A stretch of 64,000 nt of DNA, taken from positions 7,502,001 to 7,566,000 of the forward strand of contig OZ287749.1 in assembly GCA_965649765.1 (NCBI GenBank). The letters are read 5' to 3'. Position numbers and translations under genes: made by a program. Numbering within the stretch: position 1 is the stretch's first letter; each line of letters starts with the position of its first letter. This DNA is from Bispira polyomma. Taxonomy: Eukaryota. Shown in pieces: positions 13,901 to 25,673 of the stretch. A model generated the notes under the pieces. It was not told the DNA's origin and searched no databases. It saw nothing but the letters and a program-made list of their open reading frames with translations.

Positions 13901-14592
13901 GTGTTGTATAGATAATTAAAGTGATTATCTTCTCCAAATCTATGTCAACCAATATAAAAATACCATGGCATCAATTACCTTGTGACCTGCATTACAATGC
14001 TAAAAAAAAGCTCACGTGTAGCTTTTTTCGCAGCGCAAAGCAGAGAACAAAACTGTACAAACACATGCCTTCTCAGTAATGGTAAGGCAAAGTCATATCG
14101 CACCGTACCGCAAGAGGGGAGGGGGATGTTGGGGATGACGGTACCTTATAGGGTAGACATCCTACTCCACATTGGTACATAATCAGTCTAATATGTGTAC
14201 AATGTATTGGAAAGCAGTGATACAGACCCATCTTCCTGAGAGGTGCATGTATATAACTGATGCACACTCAAACATGTGTAGACTACTTATGTGTAGACTT
14301 GTAGTACTAGGGAGAAGACTTACGTCGTTTTGGGTGTATCAATCATCTTCTGCGTGTTGTTTTGGTGTATCAATTATGTTCTGCAGAGATATAAATCAGA
14401 AGATGAAATGTCCTTAATATTGCAGGTGTTTTTATCGGTGAGAAAATGTGTCAGGCAGTGTCTGTGCTGTTTGATTACTATTATATTGGTCACCTGAAGG
14501 ATGACACCAACTAATTAAGAGCCACTGTCAGTGAAGTTGTTTCACTACTATAGAGTGAAAGAATCCGGACAGAGGTCAAATTGTCAATGTCA

Positions 14593-14699
14593 GGGGTGGT
14601 ATTCACAAAAGGACTAAGCCAAGACTTTGTCTTAGATTTAGTATACTTGTGCACTAGATCTGAGATAAGTCTTGGCTTAGCCCTTTGTGAATACCACCC
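14593..14699. mobile_element. MITE family 2, ~107-bp near-palindrome (TIR GGGTGGTATTCACAAA)
   Basis: Ends are reverse complements; related copies at ~19082-19190, ~25551-25673 and 44922-45773. Confidence 0.8.
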
Positions 14700-15996
14700 T
14701 AGGTTATTTGTTTAGACTAAGGCCCTCTGTGAATACCACCCTGGGTTATTTGTTTGGACTTAGGCCCTTTGTGAATACCACCCTAGGTTATTTGTTTAGA
14801 CTTGGGCCCTTTGTGAATACCACCCTAGGTTATTTGGTTAGACTTGGGCCCTTTGTGAGTACCACCCTGGGTTATTTGTTTAGACTTGGGCCCTTTGTGA
14901 GTACCACCCTAGGTTATTTGGTTAGACTTGGGCCCTTTGTGAGTACCACCCTGGGTTATTTGTTTAGACTTGGGCCCTTTGTGAGTACCACCCTAGGTTA
15001 TTTGGTTAGACTTGGGCCCTTTGTGAGTACCACCCTGGGTTATTTGTTTAGACTTGGGCCCTTTGTGAGTACCGCCTTGGGTTATTTGGTTTGACTTGGG
15101 CCCTTTGTGAGTACCGCCCTAGGTTATTTGTTTAGACTTAGGCCCTTTGTGAGTACCGCCCTGGGTTATTTGGTTAGACTTGGGCCCTTTGTGAGTACCG
15201 CCCTGGGTTATTTGTTTAGACATGGGCCCTTTGTGAGTACCGCCCTGGGTTATTTGTTTAGACTTAGACCCTTTGTGAATACCGCCTTGGGTTATTTGTT
15301 TAGACTTGGGCCCTTTGTGAGTACCACCCTGGGTTATTTGTTTGGACTTGGGCCCTTTGTGAGTACTACCCTGGGTTATTTGTTTAGACTTGGGCCCTTT
15401 GTGAGTACCACCCTAGATTATTTGTTTAGACTTGGGCCCTTTGTGAATACCACCCTAGGTTATTTATTTAGACTTGGGCCCTTTGTGAGTACCACCCTAG
15501 GTTATTTGGTTAGACTTGGGCCCTTTGTGAGTACCGCCCTGGGTTATTTGTTTCGACTTGGGCCCTTTGTGAGTACCGCCCTAGGTTATTTGTTTAGACT
15601 TAGGCCCTTTGTGAGTACCGCCCTGGGTTATTTGGTTAGACTTGGGCCCTTTGTGGGTACCGCCCTGGGTTATTTGTTTAGACTTGGGCCCTTTGTGAGT
15701 ACCGCCCTGGGTTATTTGTTTAGACTTGGGCCCTTTGTGAGTACCGCCCTGGGTTATTTGGTTAGACTTGGGCCCTTTGTGAGTACCGCCCTAGGTTATT
15801 TGTTTAGACTTAGGCCCTTTGTGAGTACCGCCCTGGGTTATTTGGTTAGACTTGGGCCCTTTGTGAGTACCGCCCTGGGTTATTTGTTTAGACTTGGGCC
15901 CTTTGTGAGTACCGCCCTGGGTTATTTGGTTTGACTTGGGCCCTTTGTGAGTACCGCCCTGGGTTATTTGGTTAGACTTGGGCCCTTTGTGAGTAC
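14680..15996. repeat. 42-bp tandem satellite, about 31 copies, derived from the right end of MITE family 2
   Basis: Unit TAGACTTGGGCCCTTTGTGAGTACCRCCCTRGGTTATTTGKT; first unit overlaps the MITE TIR. Confidence 0.95.
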
Positions 15997-16090
15997 TGCT
16001 ACAGGACCACAACTTGACTACAAAATCAATGTATCTTTCATCAGTCATGTTACTACATTTTTGGACTGTATGAATTAGGGCTCACGGTTC

Positions 16091-16324
16091 TTGTATGAGA
16101 GTGTGGGCCCGTAGGTAAAAATTAAGTTTATGGTGTCCCCTGGTTGACATTTTTATCTCTCGCTGTGTATTGTATGAGAGTGTGGTCCCGTATGTAAACA
16201 AGTTTATGGTTTCCCCTGGTTGACATTTTCATCTCTCGCTGTGTATTGTATGAGAGTGTGGGCCCGTAGGTAAAGATGTTTATGGTGTCTCCTGGTTGAC
16301 ATTTTCACTTCTTGTGTATTGTAA
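16091..16324. repeat. 76-79-bp tandem repeat, 3 copies, just upstream of the common CH1 acceptor
   Basis: TTGTATGAGAGTGTGG.CCCGTA at 16091, 16170, 16246. Confidence 0.9.
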
Positions 16325-16372
16325 TTTGTAACCCAGTTTTTGTACATGAAGAGTTTTCTATCTATATTTCAG

Positions 16373-16434
16373 ATGAACAAGAAAGGGTACAGAAGAAAAC
16401 CTTCACAAACTGGATGAACTCCTACCTCATCAAA
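16373..16434 (+). CDS. SYNE1: CH1 exon (D/Y)EQERVQKKTFTNWMNSYLIK
   Basis: TTTCAG acceptor, GTAAGT donor, phase 1-0; actinin-type ABS1 motif QKKTFT. Confidence 0.95.
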
Positions 16435-16858
16435 GTAAGTAGAATACAGTGGAACCTCTTTTAAGTAGAACTCTGTAAAGTCATTTTCTCTTTTATATTG
16501 AGAAAAAATTGTGGTTCCAGAGTGGGTTTTAAAAAAATATATATCCTGTTATGTGGATTTCCTGCTTAAGTACAGGTATTTTGCTGGTCTCTTGAGGTTT
16601 GACTTAAAGGGGTTCAACTGTATTTAATAGAGATGGATGCATTAGTTGACATCTGACAAGTAGAGCCAAATTTGTGGGAAAACATAAAAAAATAATAATT
16701 TAGGTTTGGGATGTATTAACAGTTTATTCAGTTAAATTGTTTTTATAATGCATTGATCGCTTGTTGCATCGAGTCCGACTGATCGATAATCAATGCAAAT
16801 AACATATTCCGACTGGCACCTTAAATAGTTCTATCCTACCTTTCCATCTAGCAGACAG

Positions 16859-17083
16859 GGGCATTGCGCTTCACAATCATTGGTCTCTCACCTCTGGGCG
16901 GCGTGAGTTCGAATCCCGTCGATGCCTATGTGGGAAAGGTGGTAGTTCCTTACTGTGGGCCGCTGGTTTCAGTGCAGAACCTTGACCATCTGTATGCAGT
17001 GTTTTCTCCAGTGTTTCCAACTACCCGTCCCAATATAACCTACTAAAAGGTACTAGAGTGGACGTTAAATATTCAAATTCAAA
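16859..17083 (+). mobile_element. tRNA-derived SINE family A, 5'-truncated
   Basis: B box GAGTTCGAATCC, TTCAAA tail, 16-bp TSD TCCATCTAGCAGACAG (16843, 17084); near-identical to copies at 55715 and 56214. Confidence 0.9.
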
Positions 17084-17471
17084 TCCATCTAGCAGACAGC
17101 CGGCTGTTGATGGCTGATATCCATCCTGTCACTCACTCTTTTATTTTCGGCCGCCATTAGGCGCCATCCAGTAAACAAACCAGAAAGCCCATATTTGCAA
17201 GATGAGGTATTTATTCTCATACAAATTGCCCACAAATCACACATATTTTGCCATAATTACAAAAAATTTTATATTTCTGTCTTGTCTTATGAATTAATCA
17301 AATCCTGAGATACATTAAGAGTACCATCTCATCCTATGAATTAACAACTGTTAATTTGGTTTGACTAGAAAAGGTTTAATATGTAGTTTAATACCGAGAG
17401 AAATGACCATATCTTCAGCGGGTCGTTTCTGTGACAGTTTTCAATTCTGTATACAAATCCTGTGTTTTCAG

Positions 17472-17567
17472 CATGAAACTCCACAGCGTGTTGAAGATTT
17501 GTTTAAGGATATCTCCACTGGTGTTCATCTGCTCTATCTCCTGGAAGTTCTCTCCAACGAGCGGCTG
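17472..17567 (+). CDS. SYNE1: CH1 exon HETPQRVEDLFKDISTGVHLLYLLEVLSNERL
   Basis: TTTTCAG / GTTAGT, phase 0-0, DLFxD..G..LL.LLEVLS motif. Confidence 0.95.
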
Positions 17568-17630
17568 GTTAGTATGGGATAAAAGGGGTTAATAAGTGTA
17601 CATTAACTTAAGTAAGTATAGTAGAAGCTC

Positions 17631-17950
17631 TATTCTAACATGACACGGCTGTGTCAGTGATTCTGATTGGCCGACAGCCTCGGTAAAAATAACCGTATAC
17701 CCATAGACGGAAATAGACTAATTTCCTCTGTAACTTACTCAATGGCCAGTTAATATAGTTCCTTCAATGACGCAATTATGCAGGTAAAAAAAAGCTGGAA
17801 TCAGGTAATAATTCTAATTTGTCATATTAGAATAGGAATAAACCATTCCAAAGCACGGTATACAGTAATTTTTACCACTCTTCGTGTTACTACGCCTCCA
17901 ATCGTGGTAAAAATTACCGTATACCATGCTTTGTCATTGGTTATTCCTAT
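17631..17950. mobile_element. Non-autonomous element with internal inverted repeat plus terminal long hairpin, nested in a MITE-1 TIR
   Basis: IR 17631-17645 / 17820-17834; ~47-bp-arm hairpin 17832-17878 / 17904-17950. Confidence 0.6.
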
Positions 17951-18410
17951 ATTATCTAAACTTTAGTGCTCTGAGTGCTTTGAAAAATCAAAACCGTGTC
18001 CCGGCAGGTAAACATGAAAAAAAATTCAATTTATTTTGTTTTATATCCCAGTTTTCTGGTGAAGCATATAACCAGGTGTACCATGACCTATAACTTTCAA
18101 CAGGAAATAATATCTCAAAAACATGTAAGACTCGTATGCACAAAATGTGTGCATAATATCATTTTTTGGTTTCATATATTGCAAAAATTAGATATATTTC
18201 AATGTTTTGAAGAAATATGACATGCATTCAAAGGAAAAAGATTAATATTTTCTCCAACCAGTACTGAACAATTCTTAGCGGTGATCTCTATATTTGTGCA
18301 AAACTGAACGAACACTAACACTACTAAATTTCGAATATCCAGATATTTATAACAAAAAATTTATATGAACTCAATTAGATTTAGATTTTCCTACTGCTTC
18401 ATACAACATA

Positions 18411-18581
18411 CAGTAGAACCTCCGTTATCCGAACATGTTTGGAGAGCAAGATTTTGTTTGGATAATAGAAGCTTTTTGAAATAGAAGAAGTGTTTTAGTT
18501 TAAAACAATAGGAAAATCTACATTTGGGAGAGTGAAAGTGTCTTCATGAAATTGAATATTCGGATAAAAAAGGCTCTACTG
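18411..18581. mobile_element. MITE family 1 copy
   Basis: TA|CAGTAGAACCTC...CTCTACTG|TA. Confidence 0.75.
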
Positions 18582-18905
18582 TACCCCATCTGTGGTATGA
18601 ACTTTTTATTATCCAAACAAAATTTGTTGTCACAAAATGTTTGCATAATAGAGGGTGTTGACTGGTAATACATTTGCCTTAATGTGACACATTTTCGGTA
18701 GAACCTCTATTGTCCAAACTGCTATTTTTAGAAATATTCAATTTTATTAACACAATGTTCTCCCAATCTGTTAGGATAATAGCGGTCCCCTGCACAAATT
18801 TTTGTTTGTCTTTTAAAATTGTAACATGTTTAGTTTTGTGTGGTTGCGGGAATCAGTTTGAAGAAGTTAATATATTTACTCACACAGTAATTGTATATTT
18901 TATAG

Positions 18906-18989
18906 CCAAAAGCAAAGGGGACCCGCACCAATCGGTTACATCACATCAGTAACGTGAAAACAGCGCTCAAATTCCTGGAAGACAGGCGG
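18906..18989 (+). CDS. SYNE1: CH1 exon PKAKGTRTNRLHHISNVKTALKFLEDRR
   Basis: TATAG / GTAAGT, phase 0-0. Confidence 0.95.
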
Positions 18990-19081
18990 GTAAGTGGGAG
19001 GAGTCAGAACTAGAAAAGCACCTAGAGTGCATATCTTTTCGAAGATGCAACAGTGCCAAAAAGTAAAAAAAATAGAGAGCT

Positions 19082-19190
19082 GGGCCCATATTCACAAAGG
19101 GACTTAGCCAGGTCTTAAGCTTACATCTAGCATAAAAGTATACAGAGTTAAGCCTAAGCCTTGGCTAAGTCGCTTTGTGAATATGGGCCC
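19082..19190. mobile_element. MITE family 2 copy
   Basis: GGGCCCATATTCACAAAG...CTTTGTGAATATGGGCCC. Confidence 0.75.
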
Positions 19191-19626
19191 AGATGATTTG
19201 TAAACTGTTTTTATTTAGCTCTGACCAGAAAAAGGGGGGTTTGAATACTCCTGATCTCAACGTGGAGTTATCACTGGCAAGCATGTACCAGTAGTAAGCT
19301 ATATCCATGGCGGATCCCGGAAATTAAATTTTTTTTGTGGATTGATTGTCTATAATAAATTTTTTTTGATTATTTTGTTGCCTACTGACAAGCAGTATAT
19401 AGGGTTACTTAGTACTTTGTTTGGTGTCAGAGATGTTGTCTTTTTAGAGGTCAAACTTTTTGTTTTTGGACAATAAGTCAAAAAATATTTGATGGATTTC
19501 ATTTGAATTTGGTATGTGGATGAATTTGGAGTTTGAGAAGGTCCCTATTTTAAAGTCGCCTTAAAGTCCTAATGACACAGAGATATAGGACGACTTTTAA
19601 AATGGATGCTTCTAAGCTGTCTATTA

Positions 19627-19800
19627 GGGTCGCAGTGACCTAGTGGTTAGAAGTGTTCACTTCACGAAATGCTGTTGAAGTTTGTCGGGTACTTGTCGTA
19701 AGACAGTGGTTTACAGGTGCTTCAGCACTGGTATCTTCCACTATTAAATCTGGCCGTCAAGATATAAACTAAGCTGTTGAAAGCAACATAACACCCAACT
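19627..19800 (+). mobile_element. Degenerate SINE family B copy
   Basis: GGGTCGCAGTGACCTAGTGGTTAG head; 3' part matches the 63504-63732 copy. Confidence 0.6.
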
Positions 19801-19981
19801 ACATTCTAATCCATCTTTTACTATGACATTAAAGGCAGAGAGAAACGCCACAATTCCATGGAATTTTTGTTACATGAAAAGTCTGGCGTGAATTGATATT
19901 ATTTGGCCAAAAGGTATTTTATGGATGTTTATAGCCATTACAGACCACAACTATTACATTGTGTCTGTTGTTTATTTTCAG

Positions 19982-20074
19982 ATCAAACTAGTCAACATTA
20001 ACTCTTCAGATATTGTAGACGGCAAACCCTCCATAGTTCTGGGTCTAATATGGACTATCATCCTTTACTTTCAA
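19982..20074 (+). CDS. SYNE1: CH1 exon [31 protein letters not shown]
   Basis: TTTTCAG / GTAAGA, phase 0-0, ABS2 motif. Confidence 0.96.
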
Positions 20075-20366
20075 GTAAGACACACACTTAAGATATGACA
20101 CTGTAAAATTTATCCTGAACTTTGTAAATGTTGCACAAAGCAAGGTTTTGTTTTGATAATAACATTTTCATAAAATAGAATTCATTTAATATAAAACAAT
20201 AGAAAAAGTACATTTCGAAGAGTAGATATGGGTTCATAATAATTGAATTCAGAATAATTGGATAATATAAGTTTGGATAATAGAGGTTCTACTGTAATAC
20301 GCAGTTTGTGTTGAAAGGGATGTTGAACTCGAAATAGAATAATGTGAATTTTGGTTAACATTTGTT

Positions 20367-22587
20367 TTTTTTTTTTTTATTTCTTTTTTTTTTACTTAAC
20401 TAAACGTATAAAATTTTTTTAACAATCTCTGCACACTTAAATAGTCACTGAATACATATGCTTATTGAAAAAAAATAAAATTTTTTTAAACAACAATAAA
20501 AAGATAAAGCAAAGCCTTGTTTTAAACCTCAATTTCTTAAATGTCTATACCTGTAAAAATATTTTCCCACATTACCCACCTTTTATTAAAGATATCGGTT
20601 TGAGAATTAATTATCGAGAGTGTCTTTTGTTCTAAAAATTTTCTTTTTGCTTCCTTCTGCAGGTAATAGATATTAAGTGGAAAGTTTTTCTTGGAGCACC
20701 AATAAATATATCTTCTTATTACCAAAAGTATCAAGTTCAATGGCCAAAAATGTCTGTCTAAAGATAGATAGCCAAATAGTTTTGTAGTGTTGCTCATTTT
20801 TAAGTGTATTCCTAGCTTATTTGTGATCCATTGTCTAACATTTTCCCATAGTTGAACAACTTGTGTGCAATCACAATACAAATGCTCAACGCTCTCTGCA
20901 TGTTGCTTACAAAAACTACATTCATTATTTGTTGATATTTTTAACTTTTTCAGATAATCTTTAGTTCCCAAAATTTTATAAAGGATTCGGCAATGAAACC
21001 GAATAAGTTTATTGTCCTGTATACTCTTAAAACATATTCTATAAACCAAAGCCCACCTATCTTCTATCTCAATATCTGTGTACTCATCTCTAAATATGTC
21101 TCTCCATATTATTTCGCAAAGTGGTTTTTCTTTTGGGTTGGCCCTATTGTAAACATTGTAAAATTTCTTGCATCCTTGATAACTTTGTATAACTGCATTC
21201 AAATGTAATGGATATGTTGGCTTTTCAAATACCCATGGAGACTTACTTGCATGCTTTGAAATAAAGGATTTAACATTTAGTTTTACTGTATAGTAGTTCA
21301 AGATGTTAACATTGCAGTTAAATTTGTGATTAATCTCATCAATAGTCAAAATTTCTCCATGTAAATCAATGATATCCCCTATCATATATATTCCACTTTT
21401 GTACCAATCTAAAAAAAATGTAGGGTTATCAAAAATATGCGAGTTTTACCAAATGCAAGTCCTCAAAATATCCGAATTAGAGGTGCAGGTTTGTTTCTTA
21501 CATAAATCTACCCAATATTCTAGAACATTTTGCCAAAACTTATTGTGGGTTTTTTTTTCAAAATTGTGTTATACCACTCATTGCCAAAGGTTGTGATATG
21601 GTTAATGTTTGTATACAGCTCATTAAATAATTTCCACCATTGAGAGCTTGATGAAGTTAGCAATTTTTTTTATCCAACTTACTTTGAGAGCTTTTTCAAA
21701 GTTATAGATATTTATCATTTTTATCCCACCTTGGATGTAGTTTGAACAAACAGTGGACCTCTTTATTTTGTCAGGTTTTCCATTCCACAAGAAATTATAC
21801 AAAATATTATTTAAAGTTTTCATAAAAGAATCTGACCTTTGTATTGATTTTAACAGGTGGATGGATACATTAAGAAATTATAGTTGTCTTTATTATTGTT
21901 ATTTTACCAAATGGTGTTAAATATCTATTATTCCATTTTTTTACTTCTTTCTTTATATTTTGTAAAGCTTTTTCATAGTTTAGCCCTGGTATTTCATTTA
22001 ATTTTGTTGAAAATTCAAGTCCAAGCATGGTAAATTCTGTCTTTCCCCATTCAAGTTTTACAGATACGTTTAGCTTATCTCTACAAAACCGTTTTCGACC
22101 GATCCAAATCATCTTTGTCTTCTCTTTGTTCATTCTCAAACCAGATATATTCCCAAAAATTTCTAAGGTGTTCAAAGCTGCTTGTAAGGAGTGCTGACTA
22201 CCATCTAGTAGCAAAGTGGTGTCGTCCGCAAACTGTGTTAGTCTAAATTCTGCCTTATCAATTACAATCCCAATTATATGTGTGTTTATTTTAATTAATA
22301 CTGCTAATATTTCGGCGGCGATTAGGAATAGATACGGTGAAATTGGGTCGCCTTGACGGCATCCTCTTTTTATAGGAATCTCTTTGGATAAAAATCCACA
22401 TTGTAAAACATAAGCCGTTATATCTGTGTTAAAAATTTTTATCCATTGCATTAGATTCTCACTGTAGCCAAAATATGTCAAAACTTTATATAAAAATTTC
22501 CAAGAAAGAGAATCGAAAGCCTTTTCAAAATCAATGAGCATCAAAAGGCCTTCAATGTTCTTAATTTCTGTTGCATGTAAAATATCA
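20367..22587 (-). mobile_element. 5'-truncated L1/Tx1-clade non-LTR retrotransposon (broken RT + C-terminal Cys/His region)
   Basis: RT motifs LIDFEKAFDS, RGCRQGDPISPYLF, QFADDTT; CSFC..ESVEHL..C; ORF split into three pieces; poly(A) seen as a T-run at ~20365-20393; TSD TTAACATTTGTT at 20355-20366 and 22588-22599. Confidence 0.93.
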
Positions 22588-22653
22588 TTAACATTTGTTA
22601 GATTTTGAGTCAATTTTAAGATGTTGAATATGCTTATCATTGACATTTCTTAG

Positions 22654-22838
22654 ATTGAAGAACACACAAAGATTCTCAGTGAACAGGCTCTAAATACACC
22701 GATGAGCAGCGAGACGAGTCTAACCAGCACAGACAGTGGCGCCCCGGCGGTGAAAAAGGCGAAGGCACAACCTAAAGTGTTAGCGCGGGGAGGAGCGAGG
22801 AAAACACTGCTAAACTGGGCACAGCGGGCAGTTACTAG
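22654..22838 (+). CDS. SYNE1: Ser-rich CH1-CH2 linker and CH2 first helix (IEEHTKILSE...GARKTLLNWAQRAVT-R)
   Basis: CTTAG / GTGAGT, phase 0-2; long linker typical of nesprin/calmin. Confidence 0.93.
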
Positions 22839-23018
22839 GTGAGTGGTTGTTATGGTATAAAGAGATTTACAGCGGATGGTTACTAGGTGAGTGGTTGTTA
22901 TGGTATAAAGAGATTTACAGCGGACGGTTACTAGGTGCGTGATTGTTATAGTATGAGGGGATTTACAGTGGGGGTTACTAGGTGAGTCTTTGTTATAGTA
23001 TGAAGGGATTATACAGGA
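22821..23018 (+). repeat. 48-bp array spanning donor 22839, 4 copies
   Basis: GTTACTAG|GTG at 22839, 22887, 22935, 22982. Confidence 0.9.
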
Positions 23019-24231
23019 GAACATCGTGTCGTCTCGATCCTTCATGTGGGAATGGTTTGTCAGGCATTTGCAGCAGGTTGGTGGTTTACAGTGCTTCACC
23101 AATATTTACTTAATATTTTAATAAACAAAAATTTCTGTTCTAGGTTGATCAACCTTGTATTATCATTATATATCCCCCTTCCCCCAAAAAATAAAATAAA
23201 TCTGGTTCTCCTTGCTTGTTCAGATAATGGAGGTTCTCTACTGCACACAATGTCTGGAGGGGGAGGGGGGGGTGAGGAAATAGGTTCATATGTGTGGGGA
23301 GTTAAATAGTGGTAATAATCGTAGTAATATGTATAAGAGATGTGGTTAACACATAGCTCAATGGATTTTACATGCTCATCTGTATTATCTTACAATTCTG
23401 TGATACATATCACTGTTATAACATTGTGAACTGCCTAAAGGCAAGATTTAGTGATACTAAGCTATATTTCAGTTAAATATTGGTATTTATTGACCAAAGG
23501 GGGGGGAGCTATGATTAGAGTGGAGGCCGTTATTACATAAAATATGGTAACCTAAATTTTATTTTCTGTACAACTTAAGAGATTGAGATTTTGTTTTATG
23601 GAAAGTTCTTCAATTTAAAAACCTAATTGTACCCTGTATTATAGTGTTAGACAACTTTGTGCATGTCTATGAAATTGAGTATGTGGATAATAGAGCTAAA
23701 ACTTTACTGGGCGGGTATTCACAAAGATTCTTTCTTTTAACCTTTTAGTTTGAGCAATTTAATTGGCTACAAATATTGTTTTAATGAGTGAGTAGCTGAG
23801 ACTAAAAAAATCATAAGAATTGCATATTTAAAATGTTTGTGATAATGGGACCTGGTAAAGTTATATTCTAGATAAAAGCCCCCATATAGGTCAATCCGTT
23901 GGAGGTCTTAAATGAGTGCATTATGTGGGGATTTAAGTACAGTGATCTTTACAGTAGACTCTGTGTGAATTGATTCACCGTCATTTGATTTTTGGTACAA
24001 TTCAAACCGAATATCGTGCACCAACTTTCCTTAGTATAAAATCACGGTCTAACTCGAAAGTTCAAAGTTTATTTTAGACACAAATCAAACCTAATTTGCT
24101 ATCCCAAGTGTGTATTTTACACTAAAATCTGAACAGATAGTATTAATGTTTATATTGGTGATATTACCTATTATATTTATTGCAGTATTTCCACTACTTC
24201 ATCTCGTCTGTTTGAAGATGTGATAGCTTTG

Positions 24232-24358
24232 GATAAAAAAATACCTAATATTGATGGAAATGCCTAATGTTGATGAAAATGCCTAATTTTGATAAAAATA
24301 CCTAATTTTGATGAAAATACCTCATTTTGATGAAAATACGTAATGTTGATGAGAATGC
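24232..24358. repeat. 19-bp minisatellite, about 6 copies
   Basis: GATGAAAATACCTAATTTT-type units. Confidence 0.85.
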
Positions 24359-24661
24359 ATATGTGGAGACTTCTACTGATTGGAATGAATCAGTCGTCAT
24401 TGGGGTGAAGTGGAAATAAAAATAATAAAAACAAATCTTTGTAGTGGATTGTTATCAGTGGTTCCTTTGTTCAAGTTAGCTTTTGTATGTTTAACTTGTA
24501 TGGTTTGAATGTGGTTAGATGTTTAAAATGGTAAATAAAGGAACATTTTAGAATCAATGGTCAGTGCATATATTTTTGTGAACTGATTTTACAAGAGAAG
24601 AATCATTTGTATTATCCAGATTAGTGAGTTGCATGGTTTGAGTGTGGGCCTCATCACCTTA

Positions 24662-25213
24662 TGCTGTGGTCACACTGGCCTTATGTTTCGATTTCACACA
24701 AAAATTGTCTACAAATAGCACATGTAAGTGAAACGTAAACATTTGCAGAGTGAACCTAGAATACTTAAGTAAATGTAAGCATGCGTGAGTAAGATGGTCC
24801 CTTAATATAAAAATTTAGAACTGCACAAAATTTAAGCATGTTTTGGGCGTTTACACCGATCTCCACTAAAACGGTTGGTGCGTTCGCGGGTAAAGTATGA
24901 TGCGTCTTCAATGCGTATATAACTTAAAGGACAGTAGTAAGACGTACTAAACATCAAAATAATATTTAAAATGAGAACGAGATCGAAACGTGTTTGGAAG
25001 CGTGGTTAACAATAGAAACATAATAGAAACGGCTATTAAAACATATTAAATGTGTGTACAAACTTGTACAAATATGTATAGAACGTGCACAAAATGGCCC
25101 AATACATTGATTTTTTGTTACGTTTTCCCGAATTATCACTTTGTTTATTTCCGTTTGCTTACATTTAAAATGAAGCAAACTCAAACACGAATGTGCTCAG
25201 TGTTACCACGTCA
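24662..25213. mobile_element. Non-autonomous DNA transposon with TTA flanks (PIF/Harbinger-like)
   Basis: TTA|TGCTGTGGTCACACTG ... CAGTGTTACCACGTCA|TTA. Confidence 0.5.
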
Positions 25214-25550
25214 TTAAGGACCCATGTTCTAACAACCCCTGTTAGCTCCACTGTTATTATTGTTTGATAAATTGATGAATAAGTCTTAATCAGAACTTTT
25301 AACCTTATATTCGGACAGAAAGTCAAGCGTCCATATTCTCTCTCAAAAAAACTCTACCTCAAACTCAGACTTAACTTAAGTGAGGGCCATGTGGAAGTCC
25401 TTCCATGTACAAATAACCCATACTTGTAACTGAATTAGTTGAGAGTTGAGAGATCGATGTAGCAGTTGACTGTGACAAATATAGTGATGCAACGAGTACA
25501 TAATTTGACTGTTTACTTTAAAGTAAAGAGTATTTGCCATTTAAAACCCC

Positions 25551-25673
25551 AGGAGCGGCATTCACAAAAGAGCTAAACCAAGACTCTGTCTTGGATCTAG
25601 TAGAAATTCTATACTTTTGTGCTAGATTTAGGATAATACATCTAGACCCAGCGCTTTTGTGTATAGCACCCCT
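25551..25673. mobile_element. MITE family 2 copy
   Basis: Same internal CCAAGACT.TGTCTT.GATCTAG and degenerate TIRs. Confidence 0.7.

Noticed and set aside
14687-15934. 135-aa and 275-aa ORFs with 14-aa repeats; CRISPR-like appearance
   Set aside because: The 42-bp unit is a multiple of 3 with no stop in that frame, so the ORFs are by-products. Units are head-to-tail with no unique spacers and there are no cas genes.
16864-17046. Near-identical 60-aa ORFs here and at 56264-56446
   Set aside because: Both lie in copies of SINE family A with TSDs; not protein genes
22650-23102. 150-aa minus-strand ORF
   Set aside because: Antisense to a real exon plus the 48-bp array
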